A DNA stretch of 43,284 nt from an uncultured Syntrophales bacterium (GTDB lineage: Bacteria; Desulfobacterota; Syntrophia; Syntrophales; JAAYKM01). Under the pieces are notes generated by a model. The model ran no database searches. It had not been told where the DNA came from and saw nothing but the letters and a program-made list of their open reading frames with translations. Shown in pieces: positions 1 to 9,549 of this stretch. The stretch covers positions 1 to 43,284 of the forward strand of contig CAYPKE010000001.1 in NCBI GenBank assembly GCA_964411235.1, written 5' to 3'. The position numbers and the translations under genes were made by a program. The first letter of the stretch is position 1. The number at the start of each line of letters is the position of its first letter.

Positions 1-147
1 TTGGTTTAACTTCAGGGCATCGGCCAGGCGTTCTCTTTCTCCTTTTGACGTGTCCGAATTTTCCGGGTTTTTCAGGAGAAGCCAAGGGGTGCCCCTCAGG
101 ACATTCTTCTGAAGGATATCCCCGGTTTCGAGAGGCAGGGACAGTAC

Positions 148-735
148 ATGAAAAAGCGGTGTGTATGGTGCGGCAATGACCCTGCCTATGTCGCTTACCA
201 CGATGAGGAGTGGGGTGTCCCGGTTCATGACGACCGGCGCCTTTTTGAGTTCCTTGTCCTGGAAGGGGCCCAGGCCGGTCTGAGCTGGCTCACGATTCTC
301 CGGAAACGGGATCATTACCGGCGGGCGTTTCATGGGTTCGACTGTGAGCGTGTCGCCCGGTATACCCAAGACGATGTTGCCCGTCTTCTGGGCGATCCCG
401 GCATTGTGCGGAACCGCCTGAAGATTGAATCGGCGCTTAGGAATGCGCGGGGCGTTTTGGATATCCGGGAAGCGTTCGGATCCCTTTCGGCCTATCTCTG
501 GCGCTACGTCGACGGAGTCCCCATTCAGAACGCATGGGGGCGTCTTTCGGATGTGCCGGCGCAGACGAAGGCGTCGGATCGCATGAGCGGGGATCTGCGA
601 AAACGCGGGTTCAGGTTTGTGGGGTCCACGATCTGCTACGCTTTCATGCAGGCTGTCGGCATGGTGAACGACCACACGACGGACTGCTTCCGTTATCCTG
701 TTATATTTTCCCATAATCATAAAGAAAATCATTGA
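148..735 (+). CDS. tag: DNA-3-methyladenine glycosylase I (Tag)
   Basis: 195-aa ORF. The N-terminal CVWC...YHDEEWGVPVHDD and LFEFLVLEGAQAGLSWLTIL motifs are the Tag signature. ATG 148 follows GAGGCAGGGA. Confidence 0.93.
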   Translation: MKKRCVWCGNDPAYVAYHDEEWGVPVHDDRRLFEFLVLEGAQAGLSWLTILRKRDHYRRAFHGFDCERVARYTQDDVARLLGDPGIVRNRLKIESALRNARGVLDIREAFGSLSAYLWRYVDGVPIQNAWGRLSDVPAQTKASDRMSGDLRKRGFRFVGSTICYAFMQAVGMVNDHTTDCFRYPVIFSHNHKENH

Positions 736-842
736 CATGGGCCGGGGGGCGGTTTACGCTCCAACCTGGCTCTGCAAAGGCAGGGAAAACCTGCATGTAT
801 GAGATGTTCGGCACAATACGAAAACAAGGGAGGAATCAGCGG

Positions 843-1637
843 ATGCGGAAATCAGAACTCGGGGCGATCATGACCATTGTCTGCCTGGGCATCATTTTTG
901 CCCTGTCCTGGGGGTGTGCCGCCCCGCGCATCGTCAAGACGGTCGAACTTTCGACGGACGTCTATGCCTGCAAACTCGATCCCGCATCATTCAGTCCGTA
1001 CCAGGGGAAACACGTTCTCATGTCTTCCATTCGCAACAAATCCCGAAACACCACCGCTCTTTTCTATTTCGATTCCGAGCGTACAGTCGGCTACCGGTCC
1101 TATTTCCCGGCCTCCACCGAGCCGCAACCGGTCGAGGTATACTTCTGGTACGGGTTGCAGAAGGCATTCGGGTGTGCGGGCATCAGGATTGAGGGACAGG
1201 GGACCGGTCACGATGCGGAACTATCCCTGACCTTTCATTCCCTGACCGATGTGGAAATTATCTTTACCGCGGATTTGACCAAGGCAGATAAATACACCTA
1301 TTCCCGGGAGTATACGGTCAGGATGCCGCCGGCAGATGAGGGGCGGCACGGCACGCCGGAACAGCGCGCTTACGGGATGCTCGATGCCATCGTATCGACG
1401 ATGCTCAAGGATCCGGAATTCGGAAAAACCATGCTCAAACCGAAAGCCCCTGCCGTTCACAAGGACCTGAAATACGAGCATCTAAGAGGTCTGGTTCTAA
1501 AAAACGGGGCTGTTGTCGAAGGTGAAATCCTCAACAGGGAAGATATCCGGAACTCGAATGCAGAAGGGGTGCAGATTCGGACCGCCGCCGGCCGTATCTT
1601 GTCTTATCCCTTCGAATCCATATTGTTTTTCTATTGA
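843..1637 (+). CDS. hypothetical secreted / lipoprotein-like protein
   Basis: Track ORF 732..1637. Preferred start is ATG 843, preceded by GGGAGG. The N-terminus MRKSELGAIMTIVCLGIIFALSWGC looks like a signal peptide with an imperfect lipobox. No family recognised. Confidence 0.6.
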   Translation: MRKSELGAIMTIVCLGIIFALSWGCAAPRIVKTVELSTDVYACKLDPASFSPYQGKHVLMSSIRNKSRNTTALFYFDSERTVGYRSYFPASTEPQPVEVYFWYGLQKAFGCAGIRIEGQGTGHDAELSLTFHSLTDVEIIFTADLTKADKYTYSREYTVRMPPADEGRHGTPEQRAYGMLDAIVSTMLKDPEFGKTMLKPKAPAVHKDLKYEHLRGLVLKNGAVVEGEILNREDIRNSNAEGVQIRTAAGRILSYPFESILFFY

Positions 1638-1759
1638 GGCTCTCTTTGCTGCTTGTCGCCTGATGCGGTGTCCGATCCTGGCACAGGGTGCAGCAGGGAT
1701 CATCGGCAAGCAAAAGCTTGTTTCGAAACGGTTTTGAAGGATTGCGGGGAGGCGGGATC

Positions 1760-2002
1760 ATGACAAGTGATTTTCTGCGGGAGTTTTTCCTCTGGTGCAG
1801 CATCCTGAACGGCGCCTTGCTGTTGTGTGCAGTGTTGATCTGCTCATACGCCGGTGACTGGGTATACCGGATGCATACTCGTTGGTTTCCAATACCAAGG
1901 GATGCCTTCAATGTGGCCATTTATTGTTTCATCGGTGCCATGAAGATATTCGTGATCATGTTCAACCTTGTCCCCTACCTGGCCCTTGTGATCCTCGACT
2001 GA
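1760..2002 (+). CDS. small integral membrane protein (two predicted TM helices), unknown function
   Basis: Track ORF 1688..2002. Internal ATG 1760 is preceded by GGGGAGG. The hydrophobic segments are WCSILNGALLLCAVLICSY and AIYCFIGAMKIFVIMFNLVPYLALVIL. Confidence 0.55.
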   Translation: MTSDFLREFFLWCSILNGALLLCAVLICSYAGDWVYRMHTRWFPIPRDAFNVAIYCFIGAMKIFVIMFNLVPYLALVILD

Positions 2003-2108
2003 CCTGCACATGCTGTGGTTGGTGGCAAATGACTGTCACCTTACAAGCATCTCCGATTGATCCTGAGCGACGAAACCTATAAGTGCCCCATGGCAAAAGG
2101 AGGCTGTT

Positions 2109-2864
2109 TTGGCTTCAACTTGGCTTGCCTATAACGATCTTGCCTGGACCGAGGACTGGCTGGTCTTGCCCGAGGACTATGAAGAAGAGGCGGGTCTGTA
2201 TGTCGACCTCATCCTGCGGTTTGCAACCGTAACACCGCAGACGTTACTTCATCTGGGCAGCGGCGCCGGCGGCATGGATCGGGTGTTCAAGCGGTCTTTT
2301 GAAGTGACCGGTGTGGATCTCAGCCAGGGTATGCTGGACAGGGCACGCGCCGCCCATCCCGATATCGGGTACCTGGAAGCTGACATGCGGACACTGCGGC
2401 TAGGACGCCTGTTCGATGCTGTGGTCATCCCCGACAGTATCGACTACATGTTGTCACCAGAGGACCTGCGGCAGGCGATCGAGACAGCGGCAGGACACTT
2501 GAAGCCCGGCGGGATTTTGCTTGTCGTGGGCAAAACAAAAGAGACCTTCCAGGATAACAATTTTGCCTATACAGGCGAGCGGGATGGCGTGCATGTGACC
2601 GTTCTGGAAAACAACTACATCAACCCATTTCGGCCCGGCACCTATGAGGCGACCCTGATATACCTGATTCGCCGGCAGGGGGAATTGACCATGCACACGG
2701 ATCATCACGTGCTGGGACTTTTCCCGCAGCTGTTATGGGACAGGGTTTTCCGGGAAGCCGGCCTTGTGGTTCACCAACAGACGCTGGACGGCGTTTACGA
2801 CAGGTATTTGCTGGAAGGCGGCAGGTATCCCCTGCAGATATTTGTTGGCCGGAAATCCCCCTGA
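2109..2864 (+). CDS. class I SAM-dependent methyltransferase
   Basis: Motif I LLHLGSGAGG is followed by the acidic strand VTGVDLS and by LKPGGILLV. TTG start at 2109 lies 5 nt after AAAGGAGG. Confidence 0.8.
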   Translation: MASTWLAYNDLAWTEDWLVLPEDYEEEAGLYVDLILRFATVTPQTLLHLGSGAGGMDRVFKRSFEVTGVDLSQGMLDRARAAHPDIGYLEADMRTLRLGRLFDAVVIPDSIDYMLSPEDLRQAIETAAGHLKPGGILLVVGKTKETFQDNNFAYTGERDGVHVTVLENNYINPFRPGTYEATLIYLIRRQGELTMHTDHHVLGLFPQLLWDRVFREAGLVVHQQTLDGVYDRYLLEGGRYPLQIFVGRKSP

Positions 2865-2921
2865 CACAAGCTCGCTTCAATGCAAAGACGCCGATGCGAG
2901 GGAAAATTCCGCAAGGATGTC

Positions 2922-2950
2922 TTGACAAGCCCCGGTCGCTTCGGTATAAA
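2922..2950 (+). promoter_or_regulatory. sigma70-type promoter candidate for prfC (TTGACA-N17-TATAAA)
   Basis: TTGACA at 2922-2927, exactly 17 nt of spacer, TATAAA at 2945-2950. This would give a leader of about 115 nt before ATG 3072. Confidence 0.55.
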
Positions 2951-3071
2951 TCGCGCCGCGCAGGTTTTGGCTGACCGGCCTGTCGGGAGGAAATGTCCGC
3001 AAAGGGGTTGCAGGGAGAGCCCTTTTTTATTATGGAATGCCGCATGCGGCGACGGGGCGGGATCAGGAAAA

Positions 3072-4661
3072 ATGAGTTACGAAAAAGAAATAGCACGCAG
3101 GCGGACCTTCGCCATCATCAGTCATCCGGACGCAGGGAAGACGACTTTAACGGAGAAGCTGCTCCTTTACGGCGGCGCGATTCAAATGGCCGGGGCCGTC
3201 AAGGCACGGAAGGCCACCCGCCACACGATGAGCGACTGGATGGCAATGGAGCGGGAGCGGGGCATTTCCGTCAGCACCTCCGTGATGAACTTCAGCTACC
3301 GGGATTACGAGATCAACCTTCTCGACACTCCGGGCCATGAAGATTTTTCCGAGGACACCTACCGGGTCCTGACCGCCGTGGATGGGGCCCTGATGGTCAT
3401 CGACAGCGGCAAGGGCGTCGAGTCAAGAACAAAGAAGCTGATGGAGGTCTGCCGGATGCGCAACACCCCCATCATCACCTTCATCAACAAGCTCGACCGG
3501 GACGGCCTGGAGCCCCTGACTATCCTTTCGGACATCGAGGATACGCTCCAGATCGAATGTGTGCCCATGACCTGGTCCATCGGCATGGGGAAACGCTTCA
3601 AGGGAACCTACGATCTTTACCGGAAGGAACTCCACCTCTTTTCACAAACCCATCACGGCCGGATTCGCGAGGGCATCGTTATCCGTGACCTCTATGATAC
3701 CCAACTGGAGACACTCCTTGGGGGGCAGGCCAGTGAATTGCGGGACGATGTGGAGCTTCTTTCGGAAGCCGCCAATCCTTTCAGCCGGGATGAGTACCTG
3801 AAAGGAAACCAGACGCCGGTTTTTTTCGGCAGCGCCGTCAACAACTTCGGTGTCCGGGAGCTCTTGAACACTTTTGTTGAGCTTTCTCCCGCACCGTCAC
3901 CCCGCGAGGCTACAACACGAACGGTGAATCCCGAAGAAGAAGCGTTCTCAGGTTTTGTCTTTAAGATTCAGGCCAACATGGACCCGGCCCACCGGGACCG
4001 CATCGCTTTTTTCCGGATCTGTTCCGGGCGTTTTTCCCCGGGAATCCGGGTGCGGCATCACCGTTTGAAGAAGGATATCCAGATCAACCAGGCCACCATG
4101 TTCATGGCTCAGGAGAGGAGCCATGTCGAAGAGGCCTTTCCCGGCGATATTATCGGCATCCACAACTACGGGACGATCAAGATCGGAGACACCTTCACGG
4201 AAAAGGAAGTGTTTCGTTTCACGGGAATCCCGAATTTCGCCCCCGAACATTTCCGCAGGGTCCGCTTGCGTGACCCGCTCCGCTCCAAACAGCTGGAGAA
4301 GGGACTGACGCAGCTTGCCGAGGAAGGCGCCGTCCAGCTCTTCAAACCGCAGGGGCACAGCGATTTTCTTCTGGGGGCTGTCGGGATTCTGCAGTTCGAT
4401 GTGATCATGGCCCGTCTGAAGGACGAGTACAATGTCGATTGCATCTGCGAGGCGGTCGATTATACGACAGTCCGCTGGATTCACTGCGACGACAAGATGA
4501 CCCTGAAGGAATTTGAGAAGGCGGCGAAAGTCTATCTTGCTTACGACGCGGAGGGCAATCTCGCATACCTTGCCCCCAATGAGTGGCGCCTCCAGGACAC
4601 GATGAAACAATGGCCCGCCATTTCTTTCCGCAGCACAATCGATCATAATTACGGAAGTTAA
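3072..4661 (+). CDS. prfC: peptide chain release factor 3
   Basis: [31 protein letters not shown]..., DTPGHEDF and NKLDR GTPase motifs, with RF3-typical length from ATG 3072. The upstream part of track ORF 2880.. is Arg/Gly-rich junk. Confidence 0.95.
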   Translation: MSYEKEIARRRTFAIISHPDAGKTTLTEKLLLYGGAIQMAGAVKARKATRHTMSDWMAMERERGISVSTSVMNFSYRDYEINLLDTPGHEDFSEDTYRVLTAVDGALMVIDSGKGVESRTKKLMEVCRMRNTPIITFINKLDRDGLEPLTILSDIEDTLQIECVPMTWSIGMGKRFKGTYDLYRKELHLFSQTHHGRIREGIVIRDLYDTQLETLLGGQASELRDDVELLSEAANPFSRDEYLKGNQTPVFFGSAVNNFGVRELLNTFVELSPAPSPREATTRTVNPEEEAFSGFVFKIQANMDPAHRDRIAFFRICSGRFSPGIRVRHHRLKKDIQINQATMFMAQERSHVEEAFPGDIIGIHNYGTIKIGDTFTEKEVFRFTGIPNFAPEHFRRVRLRDPLRSKQLEKGLTQLAEEGAVQLFKPQGHSDFLLGAVGILQFDVIMARLKDEYNVDCICEAVDYTTVRWIHCDDKMTLKEFEKAAKVYLAYDAEGNLAYLAPNEWRLQDTMKQWPAISFRSTIDHNYGS

Positions 4662-4890
4662 TATTCTCAGGGGTATTTCTTGCCTGCCTCCCAGCCCCGT
4701 TGTGCCGGCATCCGCTTTCCCGCCTGTCCAAGTGTGATTTCGCAGACACTTGAGATTGCTGTTGTTTCCCCTTTCTTGTTATTTCCCGTCTTAAGGGAAG
4801 TGTTTCGCAAAAAACGATCAGGGTCATGTTTTTCACGGGATTGTTTTCATGGTGCAAGCCGGAAAGAGAAATCTTGGAGAGGTAAGGGAC

Positions 4891-5850
4891 ATGAACATCG
4901 AAACGACTTACATCGATGACAGGGAATACGAGAAAATATACCTTTTCAAGGGTGTGAGCCTGGAGGCAATTAGGGGGTTGCTGGATTCCTGTACGGTCCG
5001 GGTGGCGGAAAAGGACGAGATTCTCATACGGCCGGGGCAGACGAATCAGGTTGTTTTCTGCATTCTCGAGGGATCGGTCCGGATTCATTCGGATACGCTG
5101 GAAAACATTCCCGATGCGATTCTGGGAACCGGTGAAAATGTTGGCGAGATGTCGGTCATCGATCAGGAACCGGCGGCGGTCTTTGTCGTTGCCAATGAAC
5201 CGAGTCGGTTGCTGTGCATCGAGGAGGATATCCTGTGGTCCCTGGTGCATGCATCCCATGATGCAGCCTGCAATCTCCTGTTCAGCATGACGCGGCGGTT
5301 GCGCCGTGCGGGGGATGCACAAGGTGAAGATCTCAGAATCGAGGGGGAATTTCGTCATTGTGGCAGCGTCGATGCCCTGACCGGACTGCGGAACCGTTAC
5401 TGGCTGGAACAGACGCTGAGCCGCCAGATACAGAGAGCCAAGGTTGGCAGTACGCCCCTTTCCCTGATTCTGATCGGTGTCGATCATTTCCGCCAGTTCA
5501 ACGAGAAATTCGGGGTCAGTTACGGGAATCGCGTCCTCTATTCTTTGGCGCATACAATAAGCGTTCACCTGCGGCCGACCGAGGCCGTCGCCCGCCACAG
5601 CGAAGCCAATTTCCTGGTTCTGCTTCCGGAGAAAAACCTGGAAACGGCGTTTGCCATTGCCGAACGGCTGCAAAAGGAGATTGCGGATGCCGTACCTATC
5701 CTGCCCGACGGGCGGCGCAAGCCTCATCCCGGGATATCATGGGGGGTTGCGGCAATGAAGATATCGGACACACCGGAAACGCTGCTTCAGGCAGCGGAAG
5801 CGGCCCTTTCCCAACTCAGGGAAAATACGGGTTGTGCCGTTTCAGACTAA
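4891..5850 (+). CDS. cyclic-nucleotide-binding domain protein fused to a degenerate GGDEF domain
   Basis: The N-terminal half (LFKGVSLEAIRGLL...GENVGEMSVID) is a cNMP-binding beta-barrel. The C-terminal half (DALTGLRNRYWLE...ILIGVDHFRQFNEKFG...) is a GGDEF fold whose signature reads RHSEANF instead of RxGGDEF. ATG 4891 follows GGAGAGG. Confidence 0.85.
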   Translation: MNIETTYIDDREYEKIYLFKGVSLEAIRGLLDSCTVRVAEKDEILIRPGQTNQVVFCILEGSVRIHSDTLENIPDAILGTGENVGEMSVIDQEPAAVFVVANEPSRLLCIEEDILWSLVHASHDAACNLLFSMTRRLRRAGDAQGEDLRIEGEFRHCGSVDALTGLRNRYWLEQTLSRQIQRAKVGSTPLSLILIGVDHFRQFNEKFGVSYGNRVLYSLAHTISVHLRPTEAVARHSEANFLVLLPEKNLETAFAIAERLQKEIADAVPILPDGRRKPHPGISWGVAAMKISDTPETLLQAAEAALSQLRENTGCAVSD

Positions 5851-6050
5851 CCCGTTGCAGAGCCCGTGCTGAAAGGGTTACCGCCGGTCGCCCTCCTTTT
5901 CAAGCTTTTCCTGTCCTTTTTCCAACAATCTTTGCCTTGACACGTTTCCAAGCCATGTTGTATGCCACTTTATCCCGGAAAATACAGTCGCTTGCATAGG
6001 GTCCGTATCCGAAGTTCCAGCGAGATATGCCGCCGGGGGGCTGGAAAGTC

Positions 6051-6074
6051 CGTTATGAAGAAGAAAATATAACG
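6051..6074. promoter_or_regulatory. ModE-like operator candidate: inverted repeat CGTTAT-N12-ATAACG
   Basis: CGTTAT (6051-6056) and ATAACG (6069-6074) are exact reverse complements around an A-rich 12-nt spacer. The right arm reads ATATAACG and overlaps a TATAAC -10-like hexamer (6068-6073). The site lies 26 nt upstream of the first Mo-cofactor gene. Confidence 0.4.
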
Positions 6075-6099
6075 TTCCGTCAGGAAAGGGAGCAACGTG

Positions 6100-7128
6100 A
6101 TGAAAAGTCGTTATCTTGAAACCGAAAAAGCTGTGGGAAAGGTTCTCTGTCATGACATGACCCAGATCATCAGAGGGGTGCACAAGGGGCCCAGGTTTAA
6201 GAAAGGACACGTTATCCGTGAAGAAGACGTGCCGGTTCTGTTGAGCATGGGAAAGCACCGAATTTACCTGCTGGATCTCGATGCGGATGAGCTGCATGAA
6301 GAGGAAGCCGGTTTGAGAGTCGCCAAGGCGGTTGCCGGCGCCGGCCTGACCATCAAGGGACCTTCGGAAGGCCGATTCGACTTGTTTGCGGAAAGGGCCG
6401 GACTCTTAAAAGTAAATGCCCGAAGTCTGCTCAAGCTCAATGGGATTCCCCAGATTGCCGTGGTTACACTGCATGATCTGACACCTGTCCCAAAAGGGGA
6501 AAGAGTGGCCGGGGCAAAGGTTGTGCCCTTGGTGATCAAGAAAAAGTATGTGGAACGTGTGGAAAAACAAGCTGCCGGAACATTTCCCGTCATTACCGTC
6601 GTCCCTTACAAAAAACTGAAAGTGGCAGGGGTCATTACGGGCCGGGAAGTCTGCGAGGGCAGGATTGAAGACGGGTTCGGCCCGGTCCTGCACGACAAGG
6701 CCAAAGCCTTTGATCTGGCTCCGCCGGAAATCAACTATGTTGTCGATGAAAAGGAGAAAATTGCCCGCGCCATCATGGAGCGCCTGCAAAGGGGCGCAGA
6801 ATTGATTCTGGTAACGGGCGGGATGTCCGTCGATCCCGATGATGTGACACCGGCAGGCATCCGGATGACCGGCGCGAAGATCATCCGCTACGGGGCGCCC
6901 GTCATGCCGGGAGCTATGTTTCTCATGGCTTATCATGGAGACATTCCCATCATCGGCGTTCCCGGTTGCGCAATGTATGCCGATACAACCATCCTGGATC
7001 TTCTGTTACCGAGAGTTTTGACGGGCGAGAAGATAAGTGCCGCCGAGATTGTGAAATTCGGCCATGGCGGTCTTTGCCGTAACTGCGCCGATTGCGTCTA
7101 TCCGAACTGTGCCCTGGGTAAAGGATAG
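6100..7128 (+). CDS. molybdopterin-binding (MoeA/MoCF-biosynthesis-like) protein with C-terminal Cys cluster
   Basis: The central and C-terminal LILVTGGMSVDPDDVTPAG...GAPVMPGAMF...GVPGCAMY pattern matches MoCF_biosynth domains. The last 22 aa carry CRNCADCVYPNC. ATG 6100 (GTG 6097 also possible) follows AAAGGGAG. Confidence 0.75.
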   Translation: MKSRYLETEKAVGKVLCHDMTQIIRGVHKGPRFKKGHVIREEDVPVLLSMGKHRIYLLDLDADELHEEEAGLRVAKAVAGAGLTIKGPSEGRFDLFAERAGLLKVNARSLLKLNGIPQIAVVTLHDLTPVPKGERVAGAKVVPLVIKKKYVERVEKQAAGTFPVITVVPYKKLKVAGVITGREVCEGRIEDGFGPVLHDKAKAFDLAPPEINYVVDEKEKIARAIMERLQRGAELILVTGGMSVDPDDVTPAGIRMTGAKIIRYGAPVMPGAMFLMAYHGDIPIIGVPGCAMYADTTILDLLLPRVLTGEKISAAEIVKFGHGGLCRNCADCVYPNCALGKG

Positions 7129-7133
7129 ATTCC

Positions 7134-8516
7134 ATGAATTTTACCGAGCCACACCTGGCCGTATCCCCCTGCCTGAGCCTGTCGGACCGGGGTGTCGTGA
7201 CCATCTACGGTGCCGGCGGCAAGACCTCTTTAATGGAGACCCTGACCCGGGAAGGCATCTGGAGGGGGAAAAGGGTCATCCAGACTACGACAACGAAGAT
7301 TTTCCGTCCCACAGGAGTACCTGTCGTGATCGGGGAAAATTGGAACAACGTTTCAAATAGGCTTCGGGATGCGCTTAAGCCGGGCGCATCGGCTGTTCTC
7401 GGGGCGGCGCTCCTGCCGAAAGACAAGCTTGCCGGGATTGATCCCGCCTGGCCGGAAGCCCTGCTGGAGAAACACGTTGCCGATTATGTTATCGTGGAAG
7501 CGGATGGGTCAGCCCGCAAACCGATCAAAGGCTACGCCCCCTACGAACCCGTCTTTCCGACCCGCTCCGATGTGCTGGTTCCCGTTCTGGGGGTCGAGGC
7601 CATCGGGCGGCCGGTCAATGACGAGAACGTGCACCGCAGCGAGGTCTTCTGCATGCTCACGGGTGCCCGGCCGAACGAGCCGCTGGCGGTCACCCATTTT
7701 TTGAAGAGTATGCGGCACATGATCGAGATCGGCCGTGCAAACGCTCCGGGTGTGCCGATTATTCCGCTTTTCAATAAAATCGACCGTCTTTCCGGCGTCG
7801 GCGTTATCCACGAGATATGCCGGGGTCTGGCCGGGAGCGACCGGCGCCTTCTTTTTACGTCCCTCAGGGATGAAAATCCCGTTCGTTTCGTTTATCAGGA
7901 CGACGCAGCCTGCGGTTTCAATGTATCCGTTGTTGTGCTGGCGGCGGGGGGATCGGTCCGGATGGGTTGCCCCAAGCTGTCCCTGGAGGTGAAAGGGAAG
8001 CCGATCCTGGCGCATGTTTTTGCATCCCTCGGCGGCACAGGCGTCAAGGATGTGGTGGTCGTCTTCAGCAAGGAAAACGAGAAGCTCCGGCATCTGGTGC
8101 CTCCGGAATACCGGATAATCATCAACCGGGAAAGCCGCGAAGGGATCTCGACGTCCCTGAAGGCCGGGTTGGCAGCCGTCGATCCCTGCAGTCAGGGGAT
8201 TCTGTTTGTCCTCGGGGATCAGCCCTTCGTTGAGACGCAGGTATGCAAAAAGCTGATCCGTTACCACCAGGAACACCTGCCGCTCTTGACCCGGCCGGTC
8301 TATGGCGGCCAGAAAGGCAACCCCGTCCTCTTCGACCGGCGTCTGTGGCCTGCATTGAGCGCGGTCATGGGAGATGAAGGAGGAAAACAGATTGCGGCAG
8401 CCTTGTCTGCGGCTGAGACCGGTCTGGTCGATGTGGATGACCCCGGTGTTTTGATCGATATCGACACCCCGGAGGAATATGAAAAATACCGGATGAAAGG
8501 GGAGCCCCGGGGGTGA
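7134..8516 (+). CDS. fusion protein: YqeC-family selenium-dependent Mo-hydroxylase accessory domain + MocA/MobA-like molybdenum cofactor nucleotidyltransferase domain
   Basis: Residues about 1-255 carry IYGAGGKTSLM, TTTTKIFRP and VEADGSARKPIKGYAPYEPVFP (YqeC hallmarks). Residues about 262-460 carry VVVLAAGGSVRMGCPKL...GDQPF (MobA/MocA NTP-transferase hallmarks). Confidence 0.85.
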   Translation: MNFTEPHLAVSPCLSLSDRGVVTIYGAGGKTSLMETLTREGIWRGKRVIQTTTTKIFRPTGVPVVIGENWNNVSNRLRDALKPGASAVLGAALLPKDKLAGIDPAWPEALLEKHVADYVIVEADGSARKPIKGYAPYEPVFPTRSDVLVPVLGVEAIGRPVNDENVHRSEVFCMLTGARPNEPLAVTHFLKSMRHMIEIGRANAPGVPIIPLFNKIDRLSGVGVIHEICRGLAGSDRRLLFTSLRDENPVRFVYQDDAACGFNVSVVVLAAGGSVRMGCPKLSLEVKGKPILAHVFASLGGTGVKDVVVVFSKENEKLRHLVPPEYRIIINRESREGISTSLKAGLAAVDPCSQGILFVLGDQPFVETQVCKKLIRYHQEHLPLLTRPVYGGQKGNPVLFDRRLWPALSAVMGDEGGKQIAAALSAAETGLVDVDDPGVLIDIDTPEEYEKYRMKGEPRG

Positions 8517-8553
8517 ACGCTTTTGTCCTTTTTGCAGAAAAGAGGTCCTGCGG

Positions 8554-9366
8554 GTGGAACTGGTTTCCTGGCCCATGATCATGATCCTCCTGGGTGCCGG
8601 GATCGGGGTCGGTTTTGTCTCCGGTCTTCTGGGTATTGCGGGAGGGGTGATTCTGGTGCCGGTGCTCTTGACTGTCGGCAAGGTTCTCGGCGCATCGCCT
8701 GACACGGCGGTCAAAACGGCGTTCGGGACGAGTCTGCTGGTGGGGTTTTTGACCAGCCTGGCGGGAACGTTGCAGCATCATCGCGTCTACAATATCTGCT
8801 GGCGGGATGCGATGGTCCTGGCGGCTGCAGGAATCGTCGGCGCACTTATCGGTTCATCCGTTTCTGCCTCCATGCCGGCCGCCGTCCTGAAACCGGCCTT
8901 CGGCACGGTTGTCATGGCAGTGGCGGCACTTTTGGCGTTCCGCCCCGAACCGAAGGAATACATTATCCGGGAAACGCGTTCCCTTGCATCGCTCCTGCCC
9001 GTCGGGGTGCTGGTCGGGATCTTGTCCTCCCTGGTCGGTATCGGCGGCGGGGTGATGCTGGTACCATATCTGACCATGGCTCTCGGCTATGTGCCGAGCA
9101 TGGCCGTGGGGACATCGGGGGCCGTCATTCCCATGATCGCCCTGTTCGGCGCAACGGGTTATGTCCTTCATGGGTGGGGTGGGCAGGATCTGCTGCCTTA
9201 TTCGGTGGGGTATGTGAATTATTTTTTCGTTTTGTGCGTTGCCGCAACCAGCATCCCGGCTGCGCCCTTGGGCGCCCGGGTTGCCTCCAGGCTGAGAGGG
9301 CGCCTGCTGAAACGGCTGTTTGCGTTGCTGCTGGTTTTCGTTGCATTGAGAATGTTCGGATTCTGA
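8554..9366 (+). CDS. TauE/SafE (TSUP) family anion permease
   Basis: Two internally repeated 4-TM halves each carry G.GVGFVSGLLGIAGGVILVP / LSSLVGIGGGVMLVP motifs. GTG 8554 lies 8 nt after AAAAGAGG. Confidence 0.85.
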   Translation: MELVSWPMIMILLGAGIGVGFVSGLLGIAGGVILVPVLLTVGKVLGASPDTAVKTAFGTSLLVGFLTSLAGTLQHHRVYNICWRDAMVLAAAGIVGALIGSSVSASMPAAVLKPAFGTVVMAVAALLAFRPEPKEYIIRETRSLASLLPVGVLVGILSSLVGIGGGVMLVPYLTMALGYVPSMAVGTSGAVIPMIALFGATGYVLHGWGGQDLLPYSVGYVNYFFVLCVAATSIPAAPLGARVASRLRGRLLKRLFALLLVFVALRMFGF

Positions 9367-9549
9367 TTTCATGCCCAATGGTCATGCTGCATTGTTTCGC
9401 TTGCCTGAGAGGCCGTTGCTAAAATTTGCTTGACGGGACGGTCGGTATGTCAATGGGAATAACACATCGCATATGGTGCTTTCGGGCTGCAGGGCGGATT
9501 TGTCATTTCTGGCGAATGAGGCGTGCGTTTGCCTGGTATCTCTAAAAGG

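Noticed and set aside
1679-1693. TGGCAC...TGCA sigma54-like promoter upstream of the small membrane protein gene
   Set aside because: The GG-to-GC spacing is 8 nt instead of the required 10, and the TTGC element is missing.
2951-3071. prfC leader with the GCCGCATGCGGC palindrome (3039-3050) and a T6 run (3023-3028) as a transcription attenuator
   Set aside because: The T-run is preceded by only a 3-bp stem, and the palindrome gives a 4-bp stem with a 4-nt loop and no U-tract. There is no convincing terminator/antiterminator pair.
2993-3340. 115-aa ORF starting just after GGGAGG and overlapping prfC out of frame
   Set aside because: SD-to-ATG spacing is only 2 nt. The translation is Arg-rich nonsense, and the ORF overlaps the highly conserved prfC GTPase region.
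4405-5727. 440-aa ORF antisense to the cNMP/GGDEF gene. The same pattern occurs at 7509-8714, 9382-10431, 18277-19386, 35885-37093 and 40334-41356.
   Set aside because: I checked each one, and all are codon-aligned with the sense gene they overlap. All have Arg/Gly/Pro-rich nonsense translations and lack SD sequences. They are the expected by-product of codon bias, not overlapping genes.
5940-6096. Possible Moco/Wco riboswitch in the leader of the Mo-cofactor operon, and likewise at 9367-9549 upstream of the binding-protein gene
   Set aside because: Context is right and the SD region reads GGAAAGGGAG. However, I could not find the conserved core I remember for the Moco motif or build its multi-stem fold by eye. 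cmsearch with RF01055 is needed, and a hit would overturn this rejection. The weaker CGGTAT-N10-ATAACA at 9443-9464 is too imperfect to call as a second ModE-like site.
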